From Zygophlyctis sp. KS116 (taxonomy: Eukaryota > Fungi > Chytridiomycota), in NCBI GenBank assembly GCA_054661495.1, contig BAAFSQ010000012.1, positions 54,185 to 86,184 on the forward strand: a DNA stretch of 32,000 nt. Reading direction: 5' to 3'. Of the stretch, positions 1 to 10,655 are shown piece by piece (within the stretch, counting starts at the first letter, position 1; each line of letters begins with the position of its first letter). The notes beneath the pieces were generated by a model, which was not told where the DNA came from, made no database searches, and worked only from the letters and a program-made list of their open reading frames with translations. The position numbers and the translations under genes were made by a program.

Positions 1-1595
1 AGCATAGTGTCCTTTTTGGATAAACACGGTGTTCCCAAAGATGTACAAAGAAAAATCAATGCATCTTCGTTACCAATTGAAACTTTTTCAGAGCTAAATC
101 AGCAATCTCTTGCCAATGTTCCAATATTAGCCAGAGAGAGAAGAAAAATATTGGCTTTGGCAGAATATATATCTAGCCGTATTAGGGAAAGTTTCCACGA
201 GCAGCATAAAATCAAAGGAAACTATGAGCGTAGAATTTTGAAAACAAGGCGTGATTTGGAAAAAGTAAACGACATGCTTGCTGTAGTGAAAGAGCGATTA
301 GAGATCAATGATGATATGAATCTGCGACTAAATGCAATCATTAACCCCCCAATTTATGACGAAAGAATTTTACCATTGAACCTGAATACTGTCACAGCTG
401 GTAATTATAACAGTGAAATCAACTTTAATCAAACATCATATTCTTTTGTCCCTTTTACTGTAAAAGATGAAGTTGTGGTCCAGCTCAGAAATTTTAGAGA
501 AGCATATTTACTATCAAAACAAAACTCAGCCGGAGGAAAAGATTCCGGATCATCATCGGTTGAAATCATCACATCAGATGAATCTGATTCAGAAAAATTT
601 AACGAAGAAACTCAAACTCACAATCGAAAGCTTAGAAATGCAAATTCAGTGTGTATGGCAGCATTTTGTGTTTTGTTGAGGCATATTTCTGGCCAAGATA
701 AATTTTCAATCGGACTTACTCAATCATATCGATATAGGGATATGCTTGTTGGACCGGTGAGTGATACTGTCCCACTCAAGATTGATCTTACAAAAAAAAG
801 ATTGGAATTTCGTTCTCTATTTTCTAAAATGTATCGGGGAATGTATCATGCACTTCATCAGGGTGCAGCTTGTCCTTTATATAAAATTGCTAAAAAGTAT
901 TCTCATGTGGGACACCTTCCGATTAGATTTGAATATATCTCGTATAAAGAATTTCAACGCTGGCAAAAAGCAGGAATTACTATGGAGGATTTGATGGATG
1001 AATCTCTAAATGCTTCAAATGAAGGGCTTGGATTCACAAAATTATGGACTATGAATGAAAGTGATCCATTTGATTTAAAACTTGTCTTGGTAGAAACGAA
1101 AGATTCGATAGAGGGAGGATTTGTCTATCGGCCAGAAAAGTTTACTCCTTCACAAATTACTAAATGGATGATTAAATTCCAGTCTATTTTATCATCAATT
1201 GAATATTCTCAGCGCAAAATCAGAATATCAACAATGATTTCAAGGTATTTTTGAGTAAATTTAATAATTATAGATTGTACCACTCAATGTGGACTAAAAG
1301 CATGGATGGATTATCTAATACCTTTAGCTTTTCTAGTTTTGCTGATTTGCATACTCCATTGGATTCACGAAATAATTTATCTTCTGATGACGAGAGAGAT
1401 GAAATAGAAAATAGTCAGAATACTCTTGCTGCATCTTCGAATGAATTGAAAGCTACAAAAAGCAGTCTAGAAATCTATGCATCCTTACCATCACTAAATC
1501 CAGAAAGACTAAAAACCTCACTGCCACCTTCTGATAAACCCCAAAAACAAGTTCAAAGTACAGATACAATTTATCTAGAAAGCTTAAGAATTTAA
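1..1595 (+). CDS. 5'-partial protein with a coiled-coil region followed by the C-terminal half of an NRPS-type condensation domain and a Ser-rich tail
   Basis: ORF 7..1254 contains AAFCVLLRHISGQDKFSIG...LVGPVSDTVPLKIDL...FRSLF...FDLKLVLVETKDSIEGGFVYRPEKFTPSQITKWMIKFQSIL, which matches condensation-domain consensus motifs. A 29-nt GT-AG intron (1245-1273) joins ...MISR to LYHSMW... Stop at 1593-1595. Confidence 0.75.
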
Positions 1596-2207
1596 AATTT
1601 TATTTTTGTAGCAGCATATTCAAAGAGCTCATCCACATTTGTCCGATTTTTCGCAGACACAGATTTGAATTCTACACCCCATTCTGATGCCTTCTTTTGA
1701 GCATCTTGGGGCTTAATAACAAGAGAATCGGCTTCGTCAATCTAATAATAAGATTTTACTAAAAACCTTTGTGCCACATAATATTATCGGTCCAGTTGGA
1801 TTTACACGTTTAGCTTCTTGAACCCAAAATTCTGATTCTAAAAATGAATTCTTATCAAGCATATCAAAGCATATGATAGTAATCTAACCATAATTATTTT
1901 CCAAACATTACATGCGCATCATCCAAAAACTGTGAAACCAAAATCTTATATCTCTCAGCTCCTGATAACGCCCAGACTTGATATGATGCCCTCTTTCTAG
2001 ATATTAATATTGAGTATTACCCTGAAAGGTCGTTCTTTATGGTCATTTCTGCACCCAAAGTTTGTATGTACTCGTTATTAAATTCATTATTAACCCATCT
2101 AGTTTTAATTATTGATGTTACCGCTGAACGAGGCATGATTTTCCAGCCTTTGATGATCCAGCGAGTACTATTTTAACAGGAGAATAAAGAGTTTCTGCAG
2201 AGACCAT
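1592..2207 (-). CDS. Divergent Rab-family small GTPase (5 exons; absent from the ORF track)
   Basis: Spliced translation using four 23-28 nt GT-AG introns: MVSAETLYSPVKIVLAGSSKAGKSCLVQRWVNNEFNNEYIQTLGAE...YQVWALSGAERYKILVSQFLDDAHITIICFD...IILCGTKID...SVSAKNRTNVDELFEYAATKIKF*. G1, G2, G4 and G5 motifs are recognisable. Confidence 0.85.
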
Positions 2208-2285
2208 CCGATATTCGAATTTTCGGACAATAATTGGGTCAATTCTCGCGATAACAGCAATCAATTACCAAATCTCTAATTTCAG

Positions 2286-3787
2286 ATGGAGAAGTCAATA
2301 ATTTCGTTTACCCCAAAGCATATCCATTACCCTCCTTCTCCACTCCAGAGATACATTTATATTCCCACCACATTTAGTAATTCTAGATTTTAAATGTGAT
2401 AGATTCGCCCAAGAGCATTGGCAACTACAATATCGCTAGATCCAACACTGAAACTAATAGCATCGCGAATGAGAAGAAGAGAGCGATTGAAATGGAAGAT
2501 TCAGCTCCTAAAAGACTTAAATTAGAGCAAGAATCAATGCAGTGGACAAATGATCATGGAAATATTGCTGATTTAGTAAATGTGATTAAAGATGAAATTA
2601 GTAATTATGCTCCATGTATGCTATTATAATCTTAAATATAGTCGCAGAGGATATTGATCAGACAATTACGCTGTATTATCCAAAGAATTCTGAAGTTTAT
2701 CCGTTGGCAATTCCTTTGAAAGATGATTATGATCCTATTCATGATATTCTTCAGACAGCTAGAGTCATTGGTATTTAGTTTAATTTCTAATAGAATAGGC
2801 GAACATCTTGTGCCTCTGGAATTTTCTGAAATTTTAGGCACTTTTAAGACTGGTACTATAAAAATGATTCGCAAGGCAATAAGACATTCTGATTTGGAAG
2901 GATTTAAAAATAATGTTGATTTATTTAACAAGGGGGTTATGGAATTGAGAGACAAAGGCATATTTAATCATATAAGTAGAGAATCAGCAGCAGATTTGGA
3001 AATAATTGAACATATAATGGAACAATCTTACGCGAGAATAGTTGCTCCAAAGACAAACGCATTAAGAAAATATGAAGGTATTTTAATATTTTAATTTCAA
3101 GGATTTTCAAATAATGTCTATGGAGAAATAAAGCATCCTTTTGTTAAGCAGATAATTAAGCAAACAAATCTGAAATCTGATCAGGTATTTTTAGATATGG
3201 TATATTTAATTCCTTAAGTACTAAGTATTTAGGGGAGTGGAATTGGGAATGTTGTACTTCAAGTTGCAGCTCAAACATTGTGTGATTCTTATGGGATAGA
3301 AATTATGGAGTCTCCAGCAGATCTTGGATTAAGGCAGGCTCAAGAATTTGTTGCAAGGATGGAAAATTATTGTCTTCCTTGTGGGAAAATCACTCTCAAA
3401 AAAGGAGATTTTTTAGATAACGAGGCGATTCATGATGTTATTAAAAGGTTTAAACATTTAGTTTTTTACTTTCTTAGGGCAGATGTTATATTCGTAAACA
3501 ATTACGCTTTTGATGCAGCTCTAAATCAGTCAATAATTGCCAAATTTTTAGATATCAAAGAGACGTGTCAAATTGTTTCACTAAAAAGTTTTGGTCATGT
3601 AGATAGGCGTGCTACTCTTCATAGAATTAATGCTATAGAGTCAATTTTTGATGTCAAAGAGGTAAGTTTGCTGAGTAGTAATTTATAGTTATACTTTGGT
3701 CAAGATCATGTTTCTTGGATGAATGAACCAGGAAAATATTATATTCATACAATCAACCGTCAAAAAGCTGTGATTGATGGCGAATGA
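2286..3787 (+). CDS. DOT1: Histone H3K79 methyltransferase DOT1
   Basis: Spliced motifs FSNNVYGEI, FLDMGSGIGNVVLQVAAQ, GIEI, ADVIFVNNYAF, IVSLKSF and VSWMNEPGKYYIH. About 7 short GT-AG introns. The start at 2286 is inferred via a 26-nt intron (2377-2402). Confidence 0.93.
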
Positions 3788-3859
3788 AATTTATCGCATC
3801 TGGTGAATTTTAACGCAATCATGAAATATTAAGATAATTTTTAGATAAATAGAACATTC

Positions 3860-5362
3860 TTATTTTGCATTAAAACTAAAAAGTCGCTGGAGAGTATTTT
3901 TTCTTGGTATATTAGGTCGCTGTCTTGCTTCCAAACTGGCTGATATCGTCTGCTTTATTTTCTCTTCCATTAGCCTTAGCATTTTTACTTTAGCATCAGG
4001 AAATCGTATTAAAATAATTTCCAAGTTTTTGCTAGATATTTTTCCCAGATCACAATTAACCATTGTCCGTGCTGAGACTTCTCGAACTTGATTTTGCAAC
4101 AATGCTACTTCACCAATATAATCTCCTCTATGACACACCCGAACGAGATTCTCCCCATTGTATAAACTGGGCGTAGTGATTTCAATTTCACCTTTTAATA
4201 TAATGTACATATCTCTAGCTTCATCGCCAACTTTAAAAAGAAAGGTATCGCATGCAACATGAATAGGTTCAATAGCTAATGCTAGTGAAGATATAAAACT
4301 TTGATCATGATCTTGAAATATTTCCATTGAGTTTAAGATATCCCCATAGATACAATTCACTACAGCTTGATGAAGATCTTTTGGTAGATTTTTCCAAGCC
4401 ATTTTTTCATCTAATCCATCCAAATGATGAAATTTGATTTTCTCATGCCGCTTGATTTCATCTTGCAATTGAGTAGGAAATTTGTTTTGGCACATGTATG
4501 AATGAATTTGCCTGTATCTAAACTTGAATTGTTTTTTTCTATGAATTGATTCGTTACTGATTGATATTCTCAAAATTGAATTAATCATACCAAAAAAAGC
4601 CCCATAAATAATCGCAGCAATAAAAAGTTCAAATATTGAATAGACCAACTCAATATCAGTTTTACAGTCTCTTGTATTGAAAACAAATACTTCCATGGCA
4701 TAATAAATACTCCTATAATTTAATATGAATCAAAAGTTTTACATTGAATACTGATCAATCATTTCAGTCGCACCGCCATCTTTTATTATGACTTGATTTA
4801 CCCATGAATTATCCAACTGTTGCGATCCGGACAAACTAAAAAAGAAACAAGCAGACAAATGAACTAGTATCAAAAGTCCGATAATTGACTTTACTAATCT
4901 CCCAACTTGAACTGACACATACGGAATCGCCGATTGTACTACTGATTTTAGCAAAGAAGCCAATGCAGGAATAATCTTTATGGCTCTAAGATAGATCCAA
5001 ATTCTATAATTATAATCGTATGGATAACATGCTCCGCTTGATGCAGCCACTAATGGAATAATATCCCATGGCAACCAAAATGCTATTTGAAGAGCCCCAC
5101 CTTTCTTTATCATCATCTTAAACGTTTCCTTTGGAGAATCCTGTAAAGTACCAAATTCATCTCTGTATTGTACCAACATGGATGCTATTAAAACAGCTGC
5201 ATTAAGAAGATCGCAAACATAAAAGAGTGGGAATACTGGTAACAGTTGGCAAGTCCATCCCAATCCCAATGGTAGACTAATGATTTGAATGAAATTAACA
5301 ATCAAACAAAGATAAAACAACCCACAGCTCAGTATTGAATCTTGGGTTATAGTTTTTAGCAT
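3860..5362 (-). CDS. Six-TM cation channel with C-linker and cyclic nucleotide-binding domain (CNG/KCNH-like superfamily)
   Basis: Hydrophobic S1-S6 segments, an S4-like RIWIYLRAIKI, S5 HLSACFFF, a C-linker (YM..NKFP..LQ..IK) and a CNBD (GDEARDMYIILKGEIEI...GDYIGEVALL...REVSART). One intron near 4713-4742. First ATG at 5362. Confidence 0.88.
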
Positions 5363-5413
5363 GATGAATCTACTGATTTGATGAGGTGACGTCGACAAAC
5401 GTCATTATTCAAA

Positions 5414-6203
5414 ATGTCTAGATCAACTTCTCTTAAAGATAACAATTCTAAAAAGAATGGAAGTCATGCTATATTATACATGACAAATGGAGATACTTAT
5501 CATGGAGAATGGAAGAATGATCTAAAACATGGTATTTTATTACTATTAAACAATAGGAAATGGAACTTTTACATGGCAAAAAACTGGTAATATTTATCAA
5601 GGTGAATGGGCATTTGATAAAAGATCTGGATATGGAACTCTTTCAGTCTTAAGCATTGAAACCCCAAATTTAGTCTCTAATGATCCTCACCAATTCATTT
5701 CTAATCTTAAAAAGAGTTTTAAAGCGACTAAAAAGATTATAAAATCATATGCTGGTGAATGGGAATATGATATGAGACATGGAATAGGGACATGTTATTA
5801 TCCCAATGGTAATATTTATACTGGACATTGGGAGTATGATATGAAGGAAGGTTGGGGTACAATGGAATATGCAGATGGATCTATATACCAAGGAGAATTT
5901 CATAAAGAAAATAGACACGGACAAGGAGTTTTATTATTATCTAGCGGTGATCGATATGAAGGAATGTGGTTTAATGATGTTAAAGAAGGACCAGGAAAAT
6001 TTATATATAGAATTAAAAGAAGAGTTTATGAAGGAGAATGGTGTTTAGATTTACCAAAATGTGGAACACTTAAAGATTTACCAGGAATACCTGGATATAA
6101 TCCAAAATATGCGATTCCAAAGATTGAACTAGAAAATCCTCAAGAAATTCTAGATACTCAAAAGGAGTTGTTGACTGCAGATCGATTGACTCGTCTAGTA
6201 TAG
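5414..6203 (+). CDS. MORN3: MORN repeat protein, MORN3-like
   Basis: Tandem YxGEWxxDxKxGxG MORN repeats and a C-terminal YEGEWCLDLPKCG...IPKIELENP typical of MORN3. One 25-nt intron near 5532-5556. Confidence 0.8.
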
Positions 6204-6213
6204 ACCTTGAAAC

Positions 6214-6260
6214 TAAAACTTCAAATAAAACTTCAAATAAAACTAAATCTAAAACTAAAA
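6214..6260 (+). repeat. Short AT-rich tandem repeat (TAAAACTTCAAA x2 plus degenerate copies) in the MORN3-NDUFA12 gap
   Basis: Read directly from the sequence. Confidence 0.6.
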
Positions 6261-6296
6261 TTACCTTTTTTAAACCCTAAATTCTTTTACGTGAAA

Positions 6297-6739
6297 ATGA
6301 AAGCAGTCACTTGGAATAATCGTAATTAGAGTCTTTACTAACATTAGCCTTTATGGGATACATCCATACACTATTAGCTCATGGACCAAAAAGAACTTTA
6401 AAGTTGATATTAACCCTTTCTCAGCCTAAAGTAGGAAAATTAGTAGGAACAGATTCTTTAGGAAATGAATACTATGAAAATAGACTAGAAATTAATTACA
6501 GAGACCGATGGATTATATATTCTAAATGGAATTTTGATGCATCTCAAATCCCTGCTGAATGGCACGCATGGATGACACATATGACTGATGAATTACCATC
6601 TGGAAAACTTCCATTTTTCTCTCCAAAAACTTGGAATGAAAACCTAACTGGGACTTTTGGAGCTTTCAAGACTTATTCTACAGTTGTGCCTAAAATTAAC
6701 TCTTGGAGTCCAAGGGTTCTAGAAAGGAGTAAAAAGTAA
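6297..6739 (+). CDS. NDUFA12: NADH:ubiquinone oxidoreductase subunit NDUFA12 (B17.2/N7BM)
   Basis: GKLVGTDSLGNEYYEN...RWIIY...ASQIPAEWHAWM...ENLTGT. A short first exon MKAVTWNN is joined by a 26-nt intron containing TACTAAC. Confidence 0.93.
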
Positions 6740-6848
6740 ATATCATCTTGTCTTTCTTGAGGTCCGAGATTTTGTAAAAAATAGAAATTGAAAATAGAAT
6801 ATAGATGGTGGGTGTCAAACAGAGTTGTAGGTCTGATTTAGCTTTAAA

Positions 6849-7546
6849 ATGAAAGTGTTGCTAAAAGTAATTATTCTTGGAGACTCTGGAGTAGGAAAAA
6901 CATCTCTTATGAATCAATATGTGAATAGGAAATTTAGTTCTCAGTATAAAGCAACAATTGGTGCAGATTTCTTAACAAAGGAAATTTCTATTGATGATAA
7001 ATTGGTGACAACTCAGGTTTTTCTATTTTATTAATTAAAAAGATTTGGGATACAGCAGGACAGGAAAGATTTCAGTCTCTAGGTGTAGCATTCTACAGAG
7101 GATCAGATTGTTGTGTATTGGTTTTTGACGTGAATAATGCAAAATCATTTGACAGTTTAGACAATTGGAGAGATGAATTCTTATTACAAGCTAATCCTAA
7201 AGACTCTTCAGATTTTCCATTTATTCTAATTGGAAATAAAGTTGATGTAGAAGAGAGTAAACGGCAGGTATTTTTTTTAAATTTTTTAAATTTCTGGTTT
7301 CTACTAAAAGAGCAATGGCTTGGTGTACATCTAAAGGAAATATACCAGTATTTACTAGTTTTTTCTAAAAATTTATAGTATTTTGAAACTTCTGCAAAGG
7401 AAGGTTCAAATGTAGAAACAGCTTTTGCAACAATTTCAAAGAATGCATTGGCTAGAGAATCTAATACAGAATTTGCTGATTTTCCGGATCCTGTCTCTCT
7501 GACACCAGATACTAGACATGGAGTGGGTCTGGGAAACTGTTGTTGA
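6849..7546 (+). CDS. RAB7: Rab7/Ypt7 GTPase
   Basis: [69 protein letters not shown], and a C-terminal CC prenylation motif. Three introns. Confidence 0.97.
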
Positions 7547-7547
7547 A

Positions 7548-9542
7548 ATGACTTTAATAAGATTGATAAATTTAATTGAATCACTACGAAAAAATCCTAA
7601 TTTTACAAGGAAATGGGGGGAAATTGCTACACTATTTAATGGAAATTATGCTGATTCTGTGTATGAGAGTATTTTAAACTTGATAAAACGAGACTTAAAT
7701 GTTCAGAAAAGACTAGATGATACAATAAAGGCAATTTTAGTCATGATGGACAAGTTTCCAATGGAATTTCAGATAAAAATAATTTCAATTTTTAAGGATT
7801 TAGAGATTGATAATGATCTTGTAGGAGATGTTTTACAAAAATTAAATGTAAATATTATCATGCAAGATTTTGGGATTTTAGAATTTCTATTCAAAAAATT
7901 TACAGGAAATCTACTCACTACTCTCACTATTTACTTTGAAAAATCTAGAATTTTAATGGAAAATTCTGGGCATGTTTGGTTTCCGCAAGGTATATTAAAG
8001 TACAATACTCTAAAGTTTGAATTTTTGAATTTTTGAATTTTAGGGAAATATTCGATTTTAAATTAAAGTGATTCTGTGTCTCTTAAAGGATGGGCAAAAT
8101 CAAGCAGATGATTTTTTAAGAGAAAAAATTCGTGATTTAATAGGAATAGATTTAAAATTGTCGGCAGATGATCTTGTAAATATAGTACAGGAAAACTTTA
8201 AAAATGATCAAATTGTTGGTCTGAAAGCTTGGGGACATATAATTACTATTTTAGGATCAGATCTACATAGAACACAGAATCTGAATTTAATGCTGAATCT
8301 GATTGAAGTTGCTTTTAATTCAGATCAATCATGTATAAGAACTAGTGCATTCAAAGGGTGGAGAAGATTGATTCTCTCTTTTGTTCATAAAGGTTAATTT
8401 TATAACTAATAACTGGTTAGATCATTTATTTAGTGTTAAAAGAGTTAATTTAATTTTACTACCTATTTGGAATGGGATTAAATATGAAAAAGTACAAGAG
8501 ACACGGGATGAAATGCATACAACATTTTTATATTTAATTAGAGTACTCTCAATGCATGATTTGAAACCATTTTTATCTATAATATTTGAATTATTTATAA
8601 AGGATGAATTACTCAAGGATAAAAAGGATTCTCAGGAAATGTTTAGCAACATTTTAGGTATTTTACTTTAATTAAAATAAAGTTCAGCTTCTAGCTTCTA
8701 CAATAAAGAAAAAAATTGATATTTCTAGTTTGTATGATGGAATAGATGATTCTTCAAGGAATAATATCTTGAAAATAGGACCTGTAGATCCAGATTCAAT
8801 TTTTGAATTATCTTGTCAAGCAATGAAATTCCTGATTTTAAATGTAATTTAATTAATTATAAATATTCAGGATTTTTCAGAATTTTCTAAAATCTGGAAA
8901 GAAACTCATAAATTTGCTAGTAAGAGTTTGAAAAAGGATATATATTTGCTTCAACTGAAAAATCATTTGTCAGAATTCAGGTCTGATTCGGTATTATCAA
9001 AAAGTAACAAACATCCGTCACTTATTCCTAGATTTAGATCATCTTGAAGATTATCAAGATAATCCAAAAAAGAGACCTTTGGAAAATTTAACTGTTGATA
9101 GTTTAAACTATTCTCATATCCCCGCAGGTTCGGAGAGTTCTATATTGAAAGATCCTTTAAAGGTAATATAATCTATTTAATTTTAAGAATGACAATATGA
9201 TTAGATTTCAAAACTCTCCTGATATATCACAACGAGAAAATAATTTCAATGCAGAGTCTGAAATTTTCAATGTATTTCCTCTGGAAGATGAGAACTTTGT
9301 TCCTTCATCTCCAGTGACGAAGAGACAGCGACTAGATCTTGAGAATGATTTTAAGATTCTTTCAACACAGACTCTGGAATCGTCTGTGGTGGCACTCTTA
9401 AATAGAGAGAATGAGCTTGGCAATGCATCTACGAGGTAAAATATTAATATGATTAATGTAATTTAGGGACTTGATTTCAATGCAAAAATCTCTACTATCA
9501 TTTTTATCCAGAGTCACAATAACGTTGGAATCTAAATTGTAG
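7548..9542 (+). CDS. RIF1: Compact Rif1-like protein (Rif1_N HEAT region, SILK motif, C-terminal helix)
   Basis: [49 protein letters not shown] resembles the conserved Rif1_N block. SSILK lies near 9136-9150. About 7 short introns. Confidence 0.7.
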
Positions 9543-9561
9543 TTTTGGGGTCCAACCCTTC

Positions 9562-10329
9562 ATGGGAAAATCAAAGGATCAACGAGATATATTTTACAGA
9601 CTTGCCAAAGAACAAGGATGGAGAGCAAGATCAGCATTCAAACTATTACAACTTGATGAGGAATTTGGACTATTTAAAGGAGTTGAAAGGTGTGTTGATC
9701 TCTGTGCAGCTCCAGGATCATGGTCTCAGGTTCTAAGTAGGAAATTGGGGAGTAGCAAGGGCAAAGAGAAGATTATTGCTGTAGATTTGCAGGCGATGGC
9801 TCCACTTCCAGGTGTAATACAACTTCAAGGCGATATCACCAAACTCTCTACAGCAGAAGCCATCATCCAACACTTTGAAGGTGAAAAGGCTGATTTTGTA
9901 TGTTCAGACGGAGCTCCAGATATAACAGGATTGCATGATTTGGATGAATATCTTCAAGCTCAGCTGATTTTAGCTGCATTCAATATTACAATGCATGTTT
10001 TAAAGCCTGGAGGATCGTTTGTTGCTAAAATATTCAAAGGAAGAGACATTACTCTATTATATGCACAAATGAAAATCTTTTTTGATAAAGTGACATGCTC
10101 AAAGCCTTCGAGCTCTAGAGGATCAAGTACAGAAGCATTCATTGTATGCCAAGGTTTTAAAATACCTGATGGCTTTGAACCCATTATGATTGATCCAAAC
10201 ATAGATTATGCGGCTAGAGATAATCTTAGTGAAATTCAAAAAGTAATTGTACCGTTTATTGCTTGCGGAGGTAAATTAAAAGATTCTAAAATTATCATAG
10301 ACTTGAGTGGATTTGCAAACTGTCAATAA
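9562..10329 (+). CDS. TRM7: tRNA (cytidine32/guanosine34-2'-O)-methyltransferase, FtsJ family
   Basis: [46 protein letters not shown] and [15 protein letters not shown]. Removing the 30-nt intron 10271-10300 restores VPFIACGDLSGF. Confidence 0.96.
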   Translation: MGKSKDQRDIFYRLAKEQGWRARSAFKLLQLDEEFGLFKGVERCVDLCAAPGSWSQVLSRKLGSSKGKEKIIAVDLQAMAPLPGVIQLQGDITKLSTAEAIIQHFEGEKADFVCSDGAPDITGLHDLDEYLQAQLILAAFNITMHVLKPGGSFVAKIFKGRDITLLYAQMKIFFDKVTCSKPSSSRGSSTEAFIVCQGFKIPDGFEPIMIDPNIDYAARDNLSEIQKVIVPFIACGGKLKDSKIIIDLSGFANCQ

Positions 10330-10340
10330 AATTGATTTTT

Positions 10341-10576
10341 CTAAAGTCTCGTCGATAATTGTTTCTGAATAGTAATACCAACTAATGATATAATGACGTT
10401 TATCCTAGAAAAATGTTGTTTGTTAAACTCATTCGACTCCAGAAAAGACCATTTCTATTCAATTACCAAACGGATATTTCATGGCCAAAATAATAAGAAA
10501 CAGTAATGATATAAACAAGATAGCCAATGATGCAGATGGTTATCAAGGAAGAGGGCAAGAGGTACTGTGGGATCAT
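10341..10576 (-). CDS. Candidate ~57-aa hydrophobic membrane microprotein
   Basis: MIPQYLLPSSLITICIIGYLVYIITVSYYFGHEISVW joins INVIISLVGITIQKQLSTRL* through a GT-AG intron at about 10406-10465. It fills an otherwise unusually long gap. Confidence 0.35.
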
Positions 10577-10655
10577 ACGTTGAATCACTTCAAATGATTG
10601 TAGGTGGATGTCTACTAAACAAAAATAGATTTGCGTAAAATCAAAGTCCACTTAA

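Noticed and set aside
467-994. Alternative-frame ORFs 467..679 and 761..994, and similar shadow ORFs (2632..2961, 7093..7584, 9960..10202, 19994..20299, 31333..31557, 31700..31951)
   Set aside because: They overlap well-supported genes in another frame or strand and have no recognisable motifs.
6271-6281. TAAACCCTAAA telomere-like/telo-box word
   Set aside because: It is a single copy in AT-rich DNA and is expected by chance.
8015-8043. TTTGAATT x3 microrepeat
   Set aside because: It lies inside a Rif1 intron and looks like simple slippage that lengthened the intron.
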